From NCBI GenBank assembly GCA_047601445.1, contig JASGJH010000001.1, positions 6,752,001-6,816,000 of the forward strand: 64,000 bases of DNA, read 5' to 3'. Source of the DNA: Myxococcales bacterium. Its GTDB lineage: Bacteria > Myxococcota_A > Polyangia > Polyangiales > DASUME01. Of the stretch, positions 45,127-55,132 are shown in pieces; within the stretch, counting starts at the first letter, position 1, and each line of letters begins with the position of its first letter. The notes beneath the pieces are model-generated. The model made no database searches and had not been told where the DNA came from. It saw nothing but the letters and a program-made list of their open reading frames with translations. The position numbers and the translations under genes were made by a program.

Positions 45127-48100
45127 CTAACGTGTTCGCGCGCTCGGCAGAATGATCTCGAACGTCGTGCCCTGGCCGGGGTGACTCTCTGCCGTGATCG
45201 TTCCGCCGTGCTGCGTCACCATCCCGTACACCGCAGGTAGACCGAGGCCCGTGCCCTTGCCGGGGGCCTTGGTGGTGAAAAAGGGCTCGAAGATCTTGGC
45301 CAGCGTCTCCTCGTCCATACCGCTGCCCGTGTCGCGCACACGCAGTGCGACGCCGGCGGCCTCGCCTTGGACAGAGGGGGGCGCTGCGGCGGTTTCGAGG
45401 GTCAGGCGCCCACCTTGTGGCATGGCGTCCAGGGCGTTCATGCCCAAGTTCATCACCACGCGCTGCAGCTGGGCAGGGTCTGCGCGAATCTTTTCCAGCG
45501 CTGGATCGAGCTGCAGAAGGACCTCGACGTCGTCGCGCACGAGTCGGCTGAACATGCGCTCGAACTTCTGCAGCTCTTGGTTCAGATCGAGCTCACGCGC
45601 CTCCACCGGTTGCTGACGACCAAAGGTGAGCAGCTGGTTCGTGAGCAAGGCAGCTTGTTCGGCCGCCTCGTACACCTGCCCGATCTGTTGCTTGACCAGG
45701 GAGTTGGGAGGCAGCGCCTTCGCCACGATCTCCGAGTATCCAAGGATCGGCGTCAGGAGATTCTTGAAGTCGTGCGCCACACCCGCCGCGAGACGGCCGA
45801 TCGACTCGAGCCGCTGGGCTCGATGAAGTTGAGCTTCGAGACGACCGCGCTGTGCCTCCATGGCACGTTGGGTGCTGATGTCCTGAAACGCGACGATGGC
45901 GTAGCGCACGGCGCCGTCGTCGCCGCGGATTGGCGTGCCCCAGGCTGCCAGTGGAACGCGCCGATTGGGCGACCTGACCTCGAGGTCGTCGGCCATGGAG
46001 GTCTCGCCCTGCATGGCCAGCACGATGGGCGAGCGGGAAATAGGGTAGAGCTCGTCGCTGCCAGCTAGATAGATTCCATGGCGAGCCGCCCATTCCTCGG
46101 GGGGCACCCCGGCCTCCAGCGTCCTGCCCGCGATCTCGACCGCTCGACGGTTCACCACTACCGGGCGTCCCATGGCGTCCACGACGTACACTCCGACCGG
46201 CATACCCTCGAAGCAGTCGCGCAGGAGCTCCTCGCTGGTGCGTAGCGAGTCGTACAGACGGGCGTTCTCGAGCGAGATCGCAGCCTGCGATAGCAGGATA
46301 CGCAGCATCTCGAGCCGCTCGTGGGTGAACGCGTCGGTCGTGAGTTGGTTCTCCAAGAACAGAATGGCGGTGATGCGATCGCGGTGGCGCACTGCCACGG
46401 ATAGGATGGACTTGGAGGAATGGGCGAGCACGTAGGGGTCGCGCGTGAAGGCGCCACGCTCGGCAGCGTTGCCGAGTACGACATCTTCTCCCGTGTGAAG
46501 CGTGTGATTCACGATGGCTTCCGAGATCTGTCGGTCGACATCCGCAGGGGCCGGCCGCGACAGGTCGACTTGCTTTCCCTCGGCAGCGAAGCGGGCCGCG
46601 AGTTGGAGTCTTCCCTGCTGTTCGACGAGCAGGACGCCGCGTTGTGCGCCCGCGTTCTCCACACAGATACGCATGAGCTTGTCGAGGAGCCTGTCGAGCG
46701 TGACTTCACTCGAGAGCGTCTCGGCGGCCTTGAGCGCGGCCATCAGGTCGATGCCGACCGCGCCTCCGCTGCTGCTGGTGGGGGTCGCACCGCGGCGGAC
46801 GACGGTCAGCTCCACGCGCGCCAACTCGGCGCGCAGGCGGTCCACCTTGGCGTTGGCGCCCCAACGCGCGTAGCTTGCAAGCGCGCCTTCGAGGTACTGC
46901 GCGGCGATCCTTGGCTGGCCTCGCCCCAGAGCATACCGACCGCAAAGTTCCTGCGCCGTGGCTTCGTCTTGCTGAAAGCCTTGCCGTCCCGCGCCTTCGA
47001 TCGCTCGGTGGTAGAGATCCCACGCGTCCTGGCCGGCCAAGCGCGCCAGCTCTGCTCCCACCAAGTCACGTTTGTGGCGAAAGTTCTCCGGGCAGGTTTC
47101 GGCCCAGGTGTCGAGCTTGCTCACGAGCGGCGCGATCTGACTCGACAGTCCATCGCGTGCCTCCGCGCTGTGTTCTGCCGCTGCGATCAACGTGAGCGCT
47201 GCATGAAACGTGTACTCCGCGTGCTCTATCGTGGTCTGGATGAAACGCAGGCGCCCTTTTCCTGCTTCTACCAGGCGTAGGGCGCCCGCGAGGTCGCCGA
47301 GCATGCGGCAAGTTCGGAGGCGCACGCTGGTGTAGTAGCCGAGAGCAAAGCCGTTGGTCTGGATCTGCTTGACGAAGACCTCCTCATCGAAGTCCGCATC
47401 GTCCAAGCGATCGTCTGGACCTGTGAGGCCACGCAGGCAGCGGATGATCTGGCGGTAAAGGAGTATCTGCGTCATGCCGGCTCGGTTGCCCGTGCGACGG
47501 CTGAAGGCCAGGCCTTCGTCGGCGACTTTCTCGACTCGACTGAGGTCGGTCCCCGCAGAGAACAGCACCTGAACGAGCACTCCTTGACTCATCGACGCCC
47601 AGTCGAGCTCTCCGGTCTCGATTCCTTTCGCCGTGGCCAGGCTCAGCATCGGGGCACACGACTGCAATGGGGCACCCCAACCGTGGATCACGCCCGCGAC
47701 GAACAGTGTGGCGGCTTCCCTGGCGCCATGTCGCTGGGCGAAGTTCACGCCGAGAACGCCAAAAGCGTGCCCTCGCGCGTACTCGCCTTGGTTGCAGAGG
47801 ATGCTGCCGAAATTCGCGTAGATCGGTGCAGCTACGAGCGTGTGCCCTTGCGCCAAGACGGAGCGCATCATCCAGTATCCGAGCACCACGAACGATGGCG
47901 GATCGGTCGCAAAAAAGACCGGCGTCAAGCTGAGGATCAGGGCCTGCAGGGCGACGTGCTCCGGATCGCTGCTCAACGGTGCATCGAGCAGCTCGTCAGG
48001 AGCGCGTCCCGCGAGCAGCAGCTCGATCTCGCTGCGGAGCGCTGCCAGGGTCTCGGCGATGGCCTCACGGGGGAGTTGCAAGCCAAACAGGCTCAGTGCC

Positions 48101-50658
48101 TCGTGGCCTGCGCGAACGGCGCGCGGGATGTCGAGTTGGTTCTGGTAGCCGAACACACGCAGCTGGGCGAGGTCCGCTTGCTCCAGCAGCAGATGGGCGT
48201 GGGGCTGTGCGATCTCGAGGAGCTTCTCGGCCGCTTGGACGTCGCCCGTCACGAACGCCATCTCCGCGGCGTCGCGGTGCAGACGAAACCCGAGCTCGTG
48301 GCAAGATCTCCAGACGTCTACCGGCAAGAGCTCGATGGCATGTCGCAGATAAACGAGGGCGGCACCGTAGGCGGCGGTAGCCTTGGCTCGACCGGCGGCC
48401 CGTTCATTGAGGTCGAGCAAGCGCCTGCGCTCGGGCACCGTGGAGAGTTGCTCCGCGCCGCGATTGAGCTGATCGACGATCGCGAAGATGTGCTCGAAGA
48501 GCGCGCCTGCCGGTGTTCGCGCCAGAAGCGCTTGCCCGATCTCGAAGTGGAGCGCCTTTCTCCGCGTCTCGCCGATCATCGCGTAAGCCGCTTGCTGAAC
48601 ACGGTCGTGGGCGAACCGGTAGCTAGTCTCTCCAGTGGGCTCGATCAACACTTCGCGCACGGCGAGCCACAACCATGGGTCTAGCTCTGCCTGGCTCCTC
48701 TCCATCGCGGCCGCAAGCAGGGCCGCATCGAAGCGGCTGCCGACGCAGGCCGCCGTCGTCAGGACTTCCTGTACAGGAGTCGGCAGTCGCCGAATCGACG
48801 TGACTAGCAGGTCCACGACCGTCTCGGGCGCCTCGACCTCGGCCACACGGCCGAGGTCCCAGACCCAGGCAGCGGTCGCGGCGTCGAAGGTGAGGCGATC
48901 CGAGAGCTGGAGTAGGCGCAAGAAGCGATGGACGAACAATGGATTGCCGGCTGTCTTGCGTACGAGCAGCTCCGCCAACGGCCGGCAGCGCTGGCGGTCT
49001 TCGCGCGCAGAAAGCAAGGTGTCGGCCAGCAGCGCGGTGATGGCATCGGCGTCCAGTGGAGGCACCTCGATGTCGGTCAGCCGCGAACCTGCTGCGCGCA
49101 TCTCGGCGAACGTCTGCAGCGCCGGATGATCCGGACCGAGGTCTTCGCTGCGCGCGGCAAGCACCACCAAGAGATGTTTGAAGTCAGCCTGTGTGCCGAG
49201 ACACCGGATGAGCTTGAGCGACGCCGGGTCCACCCATTGCAGATCGTCCAAGAAGAGCACAAGGGGCCGCTCGGGACGCGCCAGCGCGCGCACGAACGCA
49301 GTCATGGTCAGCTCGGCACGGTTGGCGGTCTCCACCGGGCCGAGCACTGGGAGCGCCGGCTGCGCGCCCAGCAGTTTCTCGAGCTCGGGCACGATCTCGG
49401 TGACCAACCGACCGTTGGGGGAAATCGCGCTCTCGATCCGCGCGCGCCAATCGCTCGCGACCTCGTGACTTGCCTCCGAGAGCTCGCGTACGAGCGAGCC
49501 CAGCGCCTGGGATACGGCTGCGAAGGGAACGTTACCCGCCAGCTGGTCGCACTTTCCGCCGAGAAAGTGTCCCTGGCGGGCTACTTCGGTTCGCAGTGCC
49601 TCGACCAGTGCAGTCTTGCCCGATCCCGCGAGGCCACGGATGACGACCAGCTCGTTCTGTCCCGTCACCGCCCGCGTCAGCGCGGCCTCGAGTGTGGCGC
49701 GCTCATGCTCACGACCATAGAGCTTGGCGGGCAGCTGCAGGTCGCGGCGCTCGCGTTGAGCCAGGTCGAAGGTCGCGATGGTCCCGGACGCTTGAAAGCG
49801 GCGGCGCGCCTCCTCGAGGTCATGCTGCAGCGCCTCGGCGGTCTGGTAGCGCCACTCGGGCATCTTCGCGAGCAGCTTCATCACGAGATCCGACAGCAGC
49901 TGCGGAATCTGTGGCCTCACCGAAGCGGGCGTTTGCGGCGTCTGGGCCAGGTGCGCGTGCACCAACTCGAGCGGATCATTGGAGCTGAACGGAGGAGCGC
50001 CGACAAGCAGCGCGTAGAAGGTCGCCCCGAGCGCGTACAGATCCGTGCGCTGATCGACCGGCCGATTCATGCGGCCCGTTTGCTCCGGCGCCATGTACGC
50101 CAGGCTAGCCTCGAGCTGCCCGGGATGGTTGGAGGCTGCGGCGAGCGCGCCAAGTTCTTCACTGGCTTCCGCGGGTCCACGCTCCGATCGGGCTCCGAGC
50201 TCGAAATCCACCAAGGTGATGCGGCCGTCCACGTCGCGTACGAAGTTCGCTGGGGACAAGTCGCGGTGAATGATGCCGTGTCGGTGCACGGCCGCGACGA
50301 TGGCTGCCATCTGGACCGCCACATCGAGGAACGTCGGAAGGTCCAGTCGAGCTCCGCGCAGGCAGTCTTCGAGGTCGTTGGGGCCGACGTCGGGCAGTAC
50401 GAGCGCGGGTCTCCCTTCAAGCTCCCCTGACGCAATCACCGAGACCACGCCTGGCACTGCCATGCTCGCGAGCAGGGCTCCTTCCTGTCGCAACCGTTCT
50501 TCACTTCGCGGGTCGAGACGGTCCGGTCGCAACGTCTTGATGACCACGGGGTGCCCGTCACGCAGCGCACGGAACACTGCAAACCGAGCCCCGGTCTGAA
50601 TCTGGCGGACGCGCGTGAACATTCCCGCAGAGACCGGTCCCCCCATCAGGCGCTCCAC
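45127..50658 (-). CDS. Trifunctional Ser/Thr kinase - AAA ATPase - GAF - PAS - histidine kinase
   Basis: HRDLSPAN, YMAPEQTGR, LYGREHE, Walker A GLAGSGKT, LDDLQWVD, GNPLF, FAHDRVQQAAY, GAF (QAAISLENARLY), PAS, GVAHDFKNLL, FFTTK..GKGTGLGL. Confidence 0.93.
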   Translation of the reverse strand: MERLMGGPVSAGMFTRVRQIQTGARFAVFRALRDGHPVVIKTLRPDRLDPRSEERLRQEGALLASMAVPGVVSVIASGELEGRPALVLPDVGPNDLEDCLRGARLDLPTFLDVAVQMAAIVAAVHRHGIIHRDLSPANFVRDVDGRITLVDFELGARSERGPAEASEELGALAAASNHPGQLEASLAYMAPEQTGRMNRPVDQRTDLYALGATFYALLVGAPPFSSNDPLELVHAHLAQTPQTPASVRPQIPQLLSDLVMKLLAKMPEWRYQTAEALQHDLEEARRRFQASGTIATFDLAQRERRDLQLPAKLYGREHERATLEAALTRAVTGQNELVVIRGLAGSGKTALVEALRTEVARQGHFLGGKCDQLAGNVPFAAVSQALGSLVRELSEASHEVASDWRARIESAISPNGRLVTEIVPELEKLLGAQPALPVLGPVETANRAELTMTAFVRALARPERPLVLFLDDLQWVDPASLKLIRCLGTQADFKHLLVVLAARSEDLGPDHPALQTFAEMRAAGSRLTDIEVPPLDADAITALLADTLLSAREDRQRCRPLAELLVRKTAGNPLFVHRFLRLLQLSDRLTFDAATAAWVWDLGRVAEVEAPETVVDLLVTSIRRLPTPVQEVLTTAACVGSRFDAALLAAAMERSQAELDPWLWLAVREVLIEPTGETSYRFAHDRVQQAAYAMIGETRRKALHFEIGQALLARTPAGALFEHIFAIVDQLNRGAEQLSTVPERRRLLDLNERAAGRAKATAAYGAALVYLRHAIELLPVDVWRSCHELGFRLHRDAAEMAFVTGDVQAAEKLLEIAQPHAHLLLEQADLAQLRVFGYQNQLDIPRAVRAGHEALSLFGLQLPREAIAETLAALRSEIELLLAGRAPDELLDAPLSSDPEHVALQALILSLTPVFFATDPPSFVVLGYWMMRSVLAQGHTLVAAPIYANFGSILCNQGEYARGHAFGVLGVNFAQRHGAREAATLFVAGVIHGWGAPLQSCAPMLSLATAKGIETGELDWASMSQGVLVQVLFSAGTDLSRVEKVADEGLAFSRRTGNRAGMTQILLYRQIIRCLRGLTGPDDRLDDADFDEEVFVKQIQTNGFALGYYTSVRLRTCRMLGDLAGALRLVEAGKGRLRFIQTTIEHAEYTFHAALTLIAAAEHSAEARDGLSSQIAPLVSKLDTWAETCPENFRHKRDLVGAELARLAGQDAWDLYHRAIEGAGRQGFQQDEATAQELCGRYALGRGQPRIAAQYLEGALASYARWGANAKVDRLRAELARVELTVVRRGATPTSSSGGAVGIDLMAALKAAETLSSEVTLDRLLDKLMRICVENAGAQRGVLLVEQQGRLQLAARFAAEGKQVDLSRPAPADVDRQISEAIVNHTLHTGEDVVLGNAAERGAFTRDPYVLAHSSKSILSVAVRHRDRITAILFLENQLTTDAFTHERLEMLRILLSQAAISLENARLYDSLRTSEELLRDCFEGMPVGVYVVDAMGRPVVVNRRAVEIAGRTLEAGVPPEEWAARHGIYLAGSDELYPISRSPIVLAMQGETSMADDLEVRSPNRRVPLAAWGTPIRGDDGAVRYAIVAFQDISTQRAMEAQRGRLEAQLHRAQRLESIGRLAAGVAHDFKNLLTPILGYSEIVAKALPPNSLVKQQIGQVYEAAEQAALLTNQLLTFGRQQPVEARELDLNQELQKFERMFSRLVRDDVEVLLQLDPALEKIRADPAQLQRVVMNLGMNALDAMPQGGRLTLETAAAPPSVQGEAAGVALRVRDTGSGMDEETLAKIFEPFFTTKAPGKGTGLGLPAVYGMVTQHGGTITAESHPGQGTTFEIILPSARTR

Positions 50659-50977
50659 TTCCGAACGCCTCCCGATGGCCAGGTGATCGAGGTCACAGGC
50701 AGACGACGAACCTGTCTGAGGCTAGCACCTAGTTCGAAGGACGGCTCGCCGCGGTGGAACTCAGCCTAAGCCTGATTCGCCCACGGATCTCTACGAGAGC
50801 AGGAGTTCGCACAAAATCGTCCCCATTTCCGAGCCCCGCTGCGCTGCAGGTGGTTGGACACGTGCTGTGTTCCTACCCGAGACGGCCTCGATGCCCTGCT
50901 TCGGGGCAACTGGCGAGCCGGAACGAGGGCGCGACCCGTGGTGGCCGGCCGTTCGCCTCGGCGAACCATCGACACCA

Positions 50978-52156
50978 TCAGTCCTGACCAGCGTCCGATG
51001 CGATGAGGGCGCGACGTCCCGTGGCGCCGGTCTTCTTGAGAATGCTCGCGACCTGGTGTTCGACGGTTCGAATGCTCGCCGCGCGCGTGCGAGCGATCTC
51101 CGCGTTGGACAAGCCGTCCTTCACGTGACGCAAGACTTCCCATTCCGCTTCGGTGAGGCCCGCGTCGATCAGTTGGTGGTCGCCGGCAAAACGCATGCTC
51201 GAGGCCACGCGGACGAGCTCCTGGCGCGTTCGGAAGCCCAGCTTGGTGGCGGCTGTGGCGAGGTATTCGCTGATCCGGGCTTCCCGAAGTCCAGTGGCGT
51301 ACGCAACTTGTTTGCCCGAGAGACCGCGTATGGACTGATCGAGGACCGTCGCTTCGCTGGGGCTCAGCGCACGGTATGCGCGCGCCTGCGGCGCGTTCTC
51401 GTAGGCGAAGTACAGGCGCTTCCCATCCGAATCAATCCTCTCCACGACGCTCCAGCGTCCGTCGGCGAGGGCCGTCCATGCACTCAACGCTTCTTCCTTG
51501 AAGCGCTCTCGCGAGGTGCGAGCGCGTGAGATGGTCTTGGCCTGATGCACGAGTGGCTCATAGGTTGGCTCTTGCGCGGCGGCTTTTTCCAGATGTAGGA
51601 GCGCACCGTCCGGGGAAAGCACGGCGGCCGCCTCCTCGGCCGATTGCAGCCGCAGCCGCAGTCCGGACTCGACATGGATGCGGATGCGGTGCAGCGTGGC
51701 TCGCAGCGCTGGCGGTACCTCGGCGTCCACGCCGACGCCGATGGTCATCCCGAAAATCCAACCTGGGCTCGGATAGCCCAGCATGCCGACAAAATCCTTG
51801 AACCCCAGGGTCGCGCCCGCGGTCTTGAATGCGAGCTGGAGATACTGCGGAAGCTTGAGCAGGATGGGACTCGCCATGGCCACCGGCTGACGCGGATAAA
51901 ACCACTGCCGAAATGCCTCCCCCGTCATGCTCTCCAGCAGCGGGGTACCGATGTGGATCGAGCGCAGGCCGCCCGTGCCGTACACGATTTTCTGGCGCAC
52001 TCTCTGACCGCGCTCTTCGTACAGCTGAAAGGCGAGGCCGGCGCCGAGATCGAGGGTACGAGAGGCCGTCTCGACCAGGTTTGCAGCCCATGAATCGGTG
52101 TCGAGTTCCGGCTCGTAGCAGCGCTCGACGATGGCGAGAACATCAGAGGTCGGCAC
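50978..52156 (-). CDS. LuxR-family regulator with two C-terminal HTH domains
   Basis: LSPSEATVL..GLSGKQVA and LTEAEWEVL..GLSNAEIA..RAASIRTVEHQVASILKK. Probable GTG start at 52156. Confidence 0.82.
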   Translation of the reverse strand: MPTSDVLAIVERCYEPELDTDSWAANLVETASRTLDLGAGLAFQLYEERGQRVRQKIVYGTGGLRSIHIGTPLLESMTGEAFRQWFYPRQPVAMASPILLKLPQYLQLAFKTAGATLGFKDFVGMLGYPSPGWIFGMTIGVGVDAEVPPALRATLHRIRIHVESGLRLRLQSAEEAAAVLSPDGALLHLEKAAAQEPTYEPLVHQAKTISRARTSRERFKEEALSAWTALADGRWSVVERIDSDGKRLYFAYENAPQARAYRALSPSEATVLDQSIRGLSGKQVAYATGLREARISEYLATAATKLGFRTRQELVRVASSMRFAGDHQLIDAGLTEAEWEVLRHVKDGLSNAEIARTRAASIRTVEHQVASILKKTGATGRRALIASDAGQD

Positions 52157-52181
52157 GCACGCGAGCCTAGCGTGCGGATTG

Positions 52182-53039
52182 TCACTTCGACAACAGGGCT
52201 GCCAGGTAGTCCAAGACAAAGATGCCGATGGCTGCGGCGACCACGGAGGCGTTCACCGCGCGCCCCACGCCAGGCGCACCGCCCCGGGTGCGCAGGCCGT
52301 AGTGGGACGAGGTCAGGGCGATGCCGACGCCGAAGACGAGAGACTTGAAGAAACCGTTCAAGAAGTCCCAGTGGTTGAGTAGCTCGAGAAAGCTGCTCAT
52401 GAAGCCTTGATAGCCGACATCGAGCAGGAGGGAGCTGCAGAGGATGGCGCCGATCAAGGCGACGAACGCGCCGATGATGTTGAGGGCCACCAGCGCGATG
52501 GTCATGGCGATCACACGTGGCAGGATCAGGTACGACAGGGGATCGATGGCAAGCGCGCGCAGGCCGTCGACTTGTTCGGTCACCACCATGGTGCCGAGCT
52601 CGGCCGTGTTGTTGGCGCCCACACGGCCGCTGAACATCAGCCCCACGAGCAACGGCGAGAGCTCGTTGAGCACGCCGAAGCCGGCGGCCCAGCCGATGAT
52701 CGCGCTGGCGCCGAAGCGGGTGACGACCGGTGCGGCTTGCAACACCAGGATCGCGCCGTTGAAGAGCGAGGTGAAGGCCACCACGCTCAACGAGCCGTTG
52801 GCCATCGAGAAGAGATGTCGCAAGATCTCGTGGCGGGGAAAGTCGAACACGAAGAAGCGCTTGCAGAGCTCGAACCACAGCATGAAGATGCCGCCGACGT
52901 GCTCGGCGACCTCGATCGTGAGGGCGCCCAACTGGGCAGCTCCTTCGAGCGCAGCGGAGCGCACGGGAACGGGCGTGGGTTGAGGATCCTGTGGGCGCTG
53001 CTCGGGAGATGCGCGCTCGCGGACGCTCGTGATGCTCAT
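52182..53039 (-). CDS. mlaE: MlaE-family ABC transporter permease
   Basis: NELSPLLVGLMFSGRVGANNTAELGTMVVTEQVDGLRALAIDP, KSLVFG, GGAPGVGRAVNASVV. Confidence 0.88.
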   Translation of the reverse strand: MSITSVRERASPEQRPQDPQPTPVPVRSAALEGAAQLGALTIEVAEHVGGIFMLWFELCKRFFVFDFPRHEILRHLFSMANGSLSVVAFTSLFNGAILVLQAAPVVTRFGASAIIGWAAGFGVLNELSPLLVGLMFSGRVGANNTAELGTMVVTEQVDGLRALAIDPLSYLILPRVIAMTIALVALNIIGAFVALIGAILCSSLLLDVGYQGFMSSFLELLNHWDFLNGFFKSLVFGVGIALTSSHYGLRTRGGAPGVGRAVNASVVAAAIGIFVLDYLAALLSK

Positions 53040-53620
53040 GGCCGTGTGTTCGCGCAGAGCTTGAATATGTCGGAAGCTCCCTGGCCGCTCGGCTCGCTAC
53101 ACGTGTCGTCCTGATCGCAGTCGGTGTCGCAATAGCAATACTTGCGGCACTCGCCCTGTTTGCAGGTGAATCCGGTCGGGCACGTGGTGTAGAGGCCATT
53201 CTCGTCGCAGCCTGTGGCGAGCGCCGCGGAGGGGAACACGCAGCGGCCGGCGGCTGTCGGGGAGTCCGGATCCACCACACACTGGTTGATGCCTTGGGTG
53301 CAGTTGGTGCCCGTCACGGGGTCGCAGCCAGGCACGGGGGTTGCGGGCGAGCAGCTACCTTCATCGATGCCGCCATCATCGAGACCATCGTCCGCGGAAT
53401 CGCCACCGCCAACGACCCCGAGGGCGCCCTCGTCTCCGTCGCCGGATTCAGAGGGGTCGACCGACTCGTCGGTGGGGGAACCTTCGTCCGGAGTGCTGCC
53501 GCCATCGACCCGCGGATCGACCAGCTCGGTGGCGCTGCCACCCAGGCCGCCAAAGCGGCAGGCCGATACCAGCAGGAGGGCGCAGAGGAGGGATGCAGAG
53601 CGGAGCGAATGGGTCTTCAT
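53036..53620 (-). CDS. Cysteine-rich lipoprotein
   Basis: Lipobox VSAC, DGG linker, 14-Cys domain CDPVTGTNC...CRKYCYCDTDC; 4-nt overlaps with both neighbours. Confidence 0.8.
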   Translation of the reverse strand: MKTHSLRSASLLCALLLVSACRFGGLGGSATELVDPRVDGGSTPDEGSPTDESVDPSESGDGDEGALGVVGGGDSADDGLDDGGIDEGSCSPATPVPGCDPVTGTNCTQGINQCVVDPDSPTAAGRCVFPSAALATGCDENGLYTTCPTGFTCKQGECRKYCYCDTDCDQDDTCSEPSGQGASDIFKLCANTRP

Positions 53621-55131
53621 AGGTTCACCGACAGAGAGAGGCCGGCCGTCGCCACGAAGCCTCCGCTCGAGAAGCCCGGCCAGCCGGGGTTGTTGGTTTG
53701 AACGCCATGGGCGCCTGGGATGGGTTCGCCGCCGACTTGCCCGTCGTCCGGCACTTCGTCCTTCACGAGCGACGGCGTCCGGCTACGACCGTCGGGATAG
53801 GTTGGGGGCGTCAACTTGCGCACGGAGCGCTCGATCATCCACAGGAGCTGCGTCGCGAAGCCGACCTTCATCTGCGTCTCGAACACCTCGAAGCCGTACT
53901 CCAGGCTCAAGTTGGCGCCGACGCGATCGTTGTCGACGTAGTTGGTGCGGCCGAACTGGGGCGGCACCGGCGTCGGCTTGTACTGGAGGTCGAGGCCAGC
54001 ACCGAACGTACCGAACATGCCGCGTAGTCCCAGCGCGCCCGTGATGGTGTCTTGCCAACCGAGTCCAGGCAGCGGTCGCTCGGCATGCCGATCGATGTAC
54101 TGCGACCAACGCCCGTACACGGCGGAAGCCACCAAGGACACGGTGTTCTCGTCGCTCTGGACGAGATCGAAGGAGGTCCCCAGTGAGGCCTGCCACGGCA
54201 TCCAATCGAACACGAAGGTGAGGCCCGATCCCTGCTCCAACCCGCTCCCGAGCAGGAACTTGATATTGGCGGTCACGACTTGCTTCTGCGGCGCATGCAG
54301 GGTGCCCGTGATGCGCCAGCGCGGGAAGGGGCGGTACGAAAAGCCGCCGTGGGGTGCGAGTCCGATGTGGCCCTTGGCGTCGATGTTGATGGTGAGGTTC
54401 GTCAGGTCGTTCGCACTCGCCACGTACACGGGGGTGCTTGCCGGGGCCGTGATCACGAAGGTGGTGCCGAGCCCGAGCGAGAAGTCATCGGTGATGCGGA
54501 AGCCTGCTCCGGCCGCCATGGCGAGCGGCTCGAGGCGGTCGCTGTACATCTCGGGGTGCAAGCTGTTCGAGAGGTACTGCTCGCGCTCATCGACGTAGAA
54601 CGTGCTCAGGCGCAGGAAGTTCTTGTTGGGGATCAAGCCGTAGAAGCCCACCGATAGCCGCTGCTTGAAGAGCTGGGCGACGATGCCGATGGCCTCGTAG
54701 GTGAGCACATCGTGGCCACCGTTCTGGGCACCACGCGGGCGGGGCGCGGTGGCGGATTGCGAGGGAGTTTCGACGCGGCCGTGTTCGAGAATGTCGGTGC
54801 CCAAGGGATAGCCGTCCCAGGCATCGGCGTTGGCATGTCCTGCGCTGCTCAAGTCGTTGGGAACAGCGTTCGCAGCGTTCGTTCGCGCGCCGAGGTTCAC
54901 GTCGATGTGATCTCCGAGCACCAGAACTCCGGCGGTGATTCCCGAGGGCACATCGACGAGCAGCGCAGGATTGAAGTACGCCGCAGAGGCACCGTTCGAG
55001 GCTGCGCGCCCTTGCTGGCCACCGAGGTCGCCGAACGAGCCGGCTAGCTCGAGCAAGGGCGTGGCGCGCGCAGGCGTGCTGACGGCTGCCGACGCCAGCA
55101 GCAGGAGCGGGATGAGCTTTGGCGTGGACAT
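53617..55131 (-). CDS. FadL/TodX-family outer-membrane hydrophobic-compound channel
   Basis: Signal peptide; hatch motif GASAAYFNPALL; amphipathic strands; PVPPQFGRTNYVDNDR; C-terminal strand AGLSLSVNL. Confidence 0.75.
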   Translation of the reverse strand: MSTPKLIPLLLLASAAVSTPARATPLLELAGSFGDLGGQQGRAASNGASAAYFNPALLVDVPSGITAGVLVLGDHIDVNLGARTNAANAVPNDLSSAGHANADAWDGYPLGTDILEHGRVETPSQSATAPRPRGAQNGGHDVLTYEAIGIVAQLFKQRLSVGFYGLIPNKNFLRLSTFYVDEREQYLSNSLHPEMYSDRLEPLAMAAGAGFRITDDFSLGLGTTFVITAPASTPVYVASANDLTNLTINIDAKGHIGLAPHGGFSYRPFPRWRITGTLHAPQKQVVTANIKFLLGSGLEQGSGLTFVFDWMPWQASLGTSFDLVQSDENTVSLVASAVYGRWSQYIDRHAERPLPGLGWQDTITGALGLRGMFGTFGAGLDLQYKPTPVPPQFGRTNYVDNDRVGANLSLEYGFEVFETQMKVGFATQLLWMIERSVRKLTPPTYPDGRSRTPSLVKDEVPDDGQVGGEPIPGAHGVQTNNPGWPGFSSGGFVATAGLSLSVNL

Positions 55132-55132
55132 A

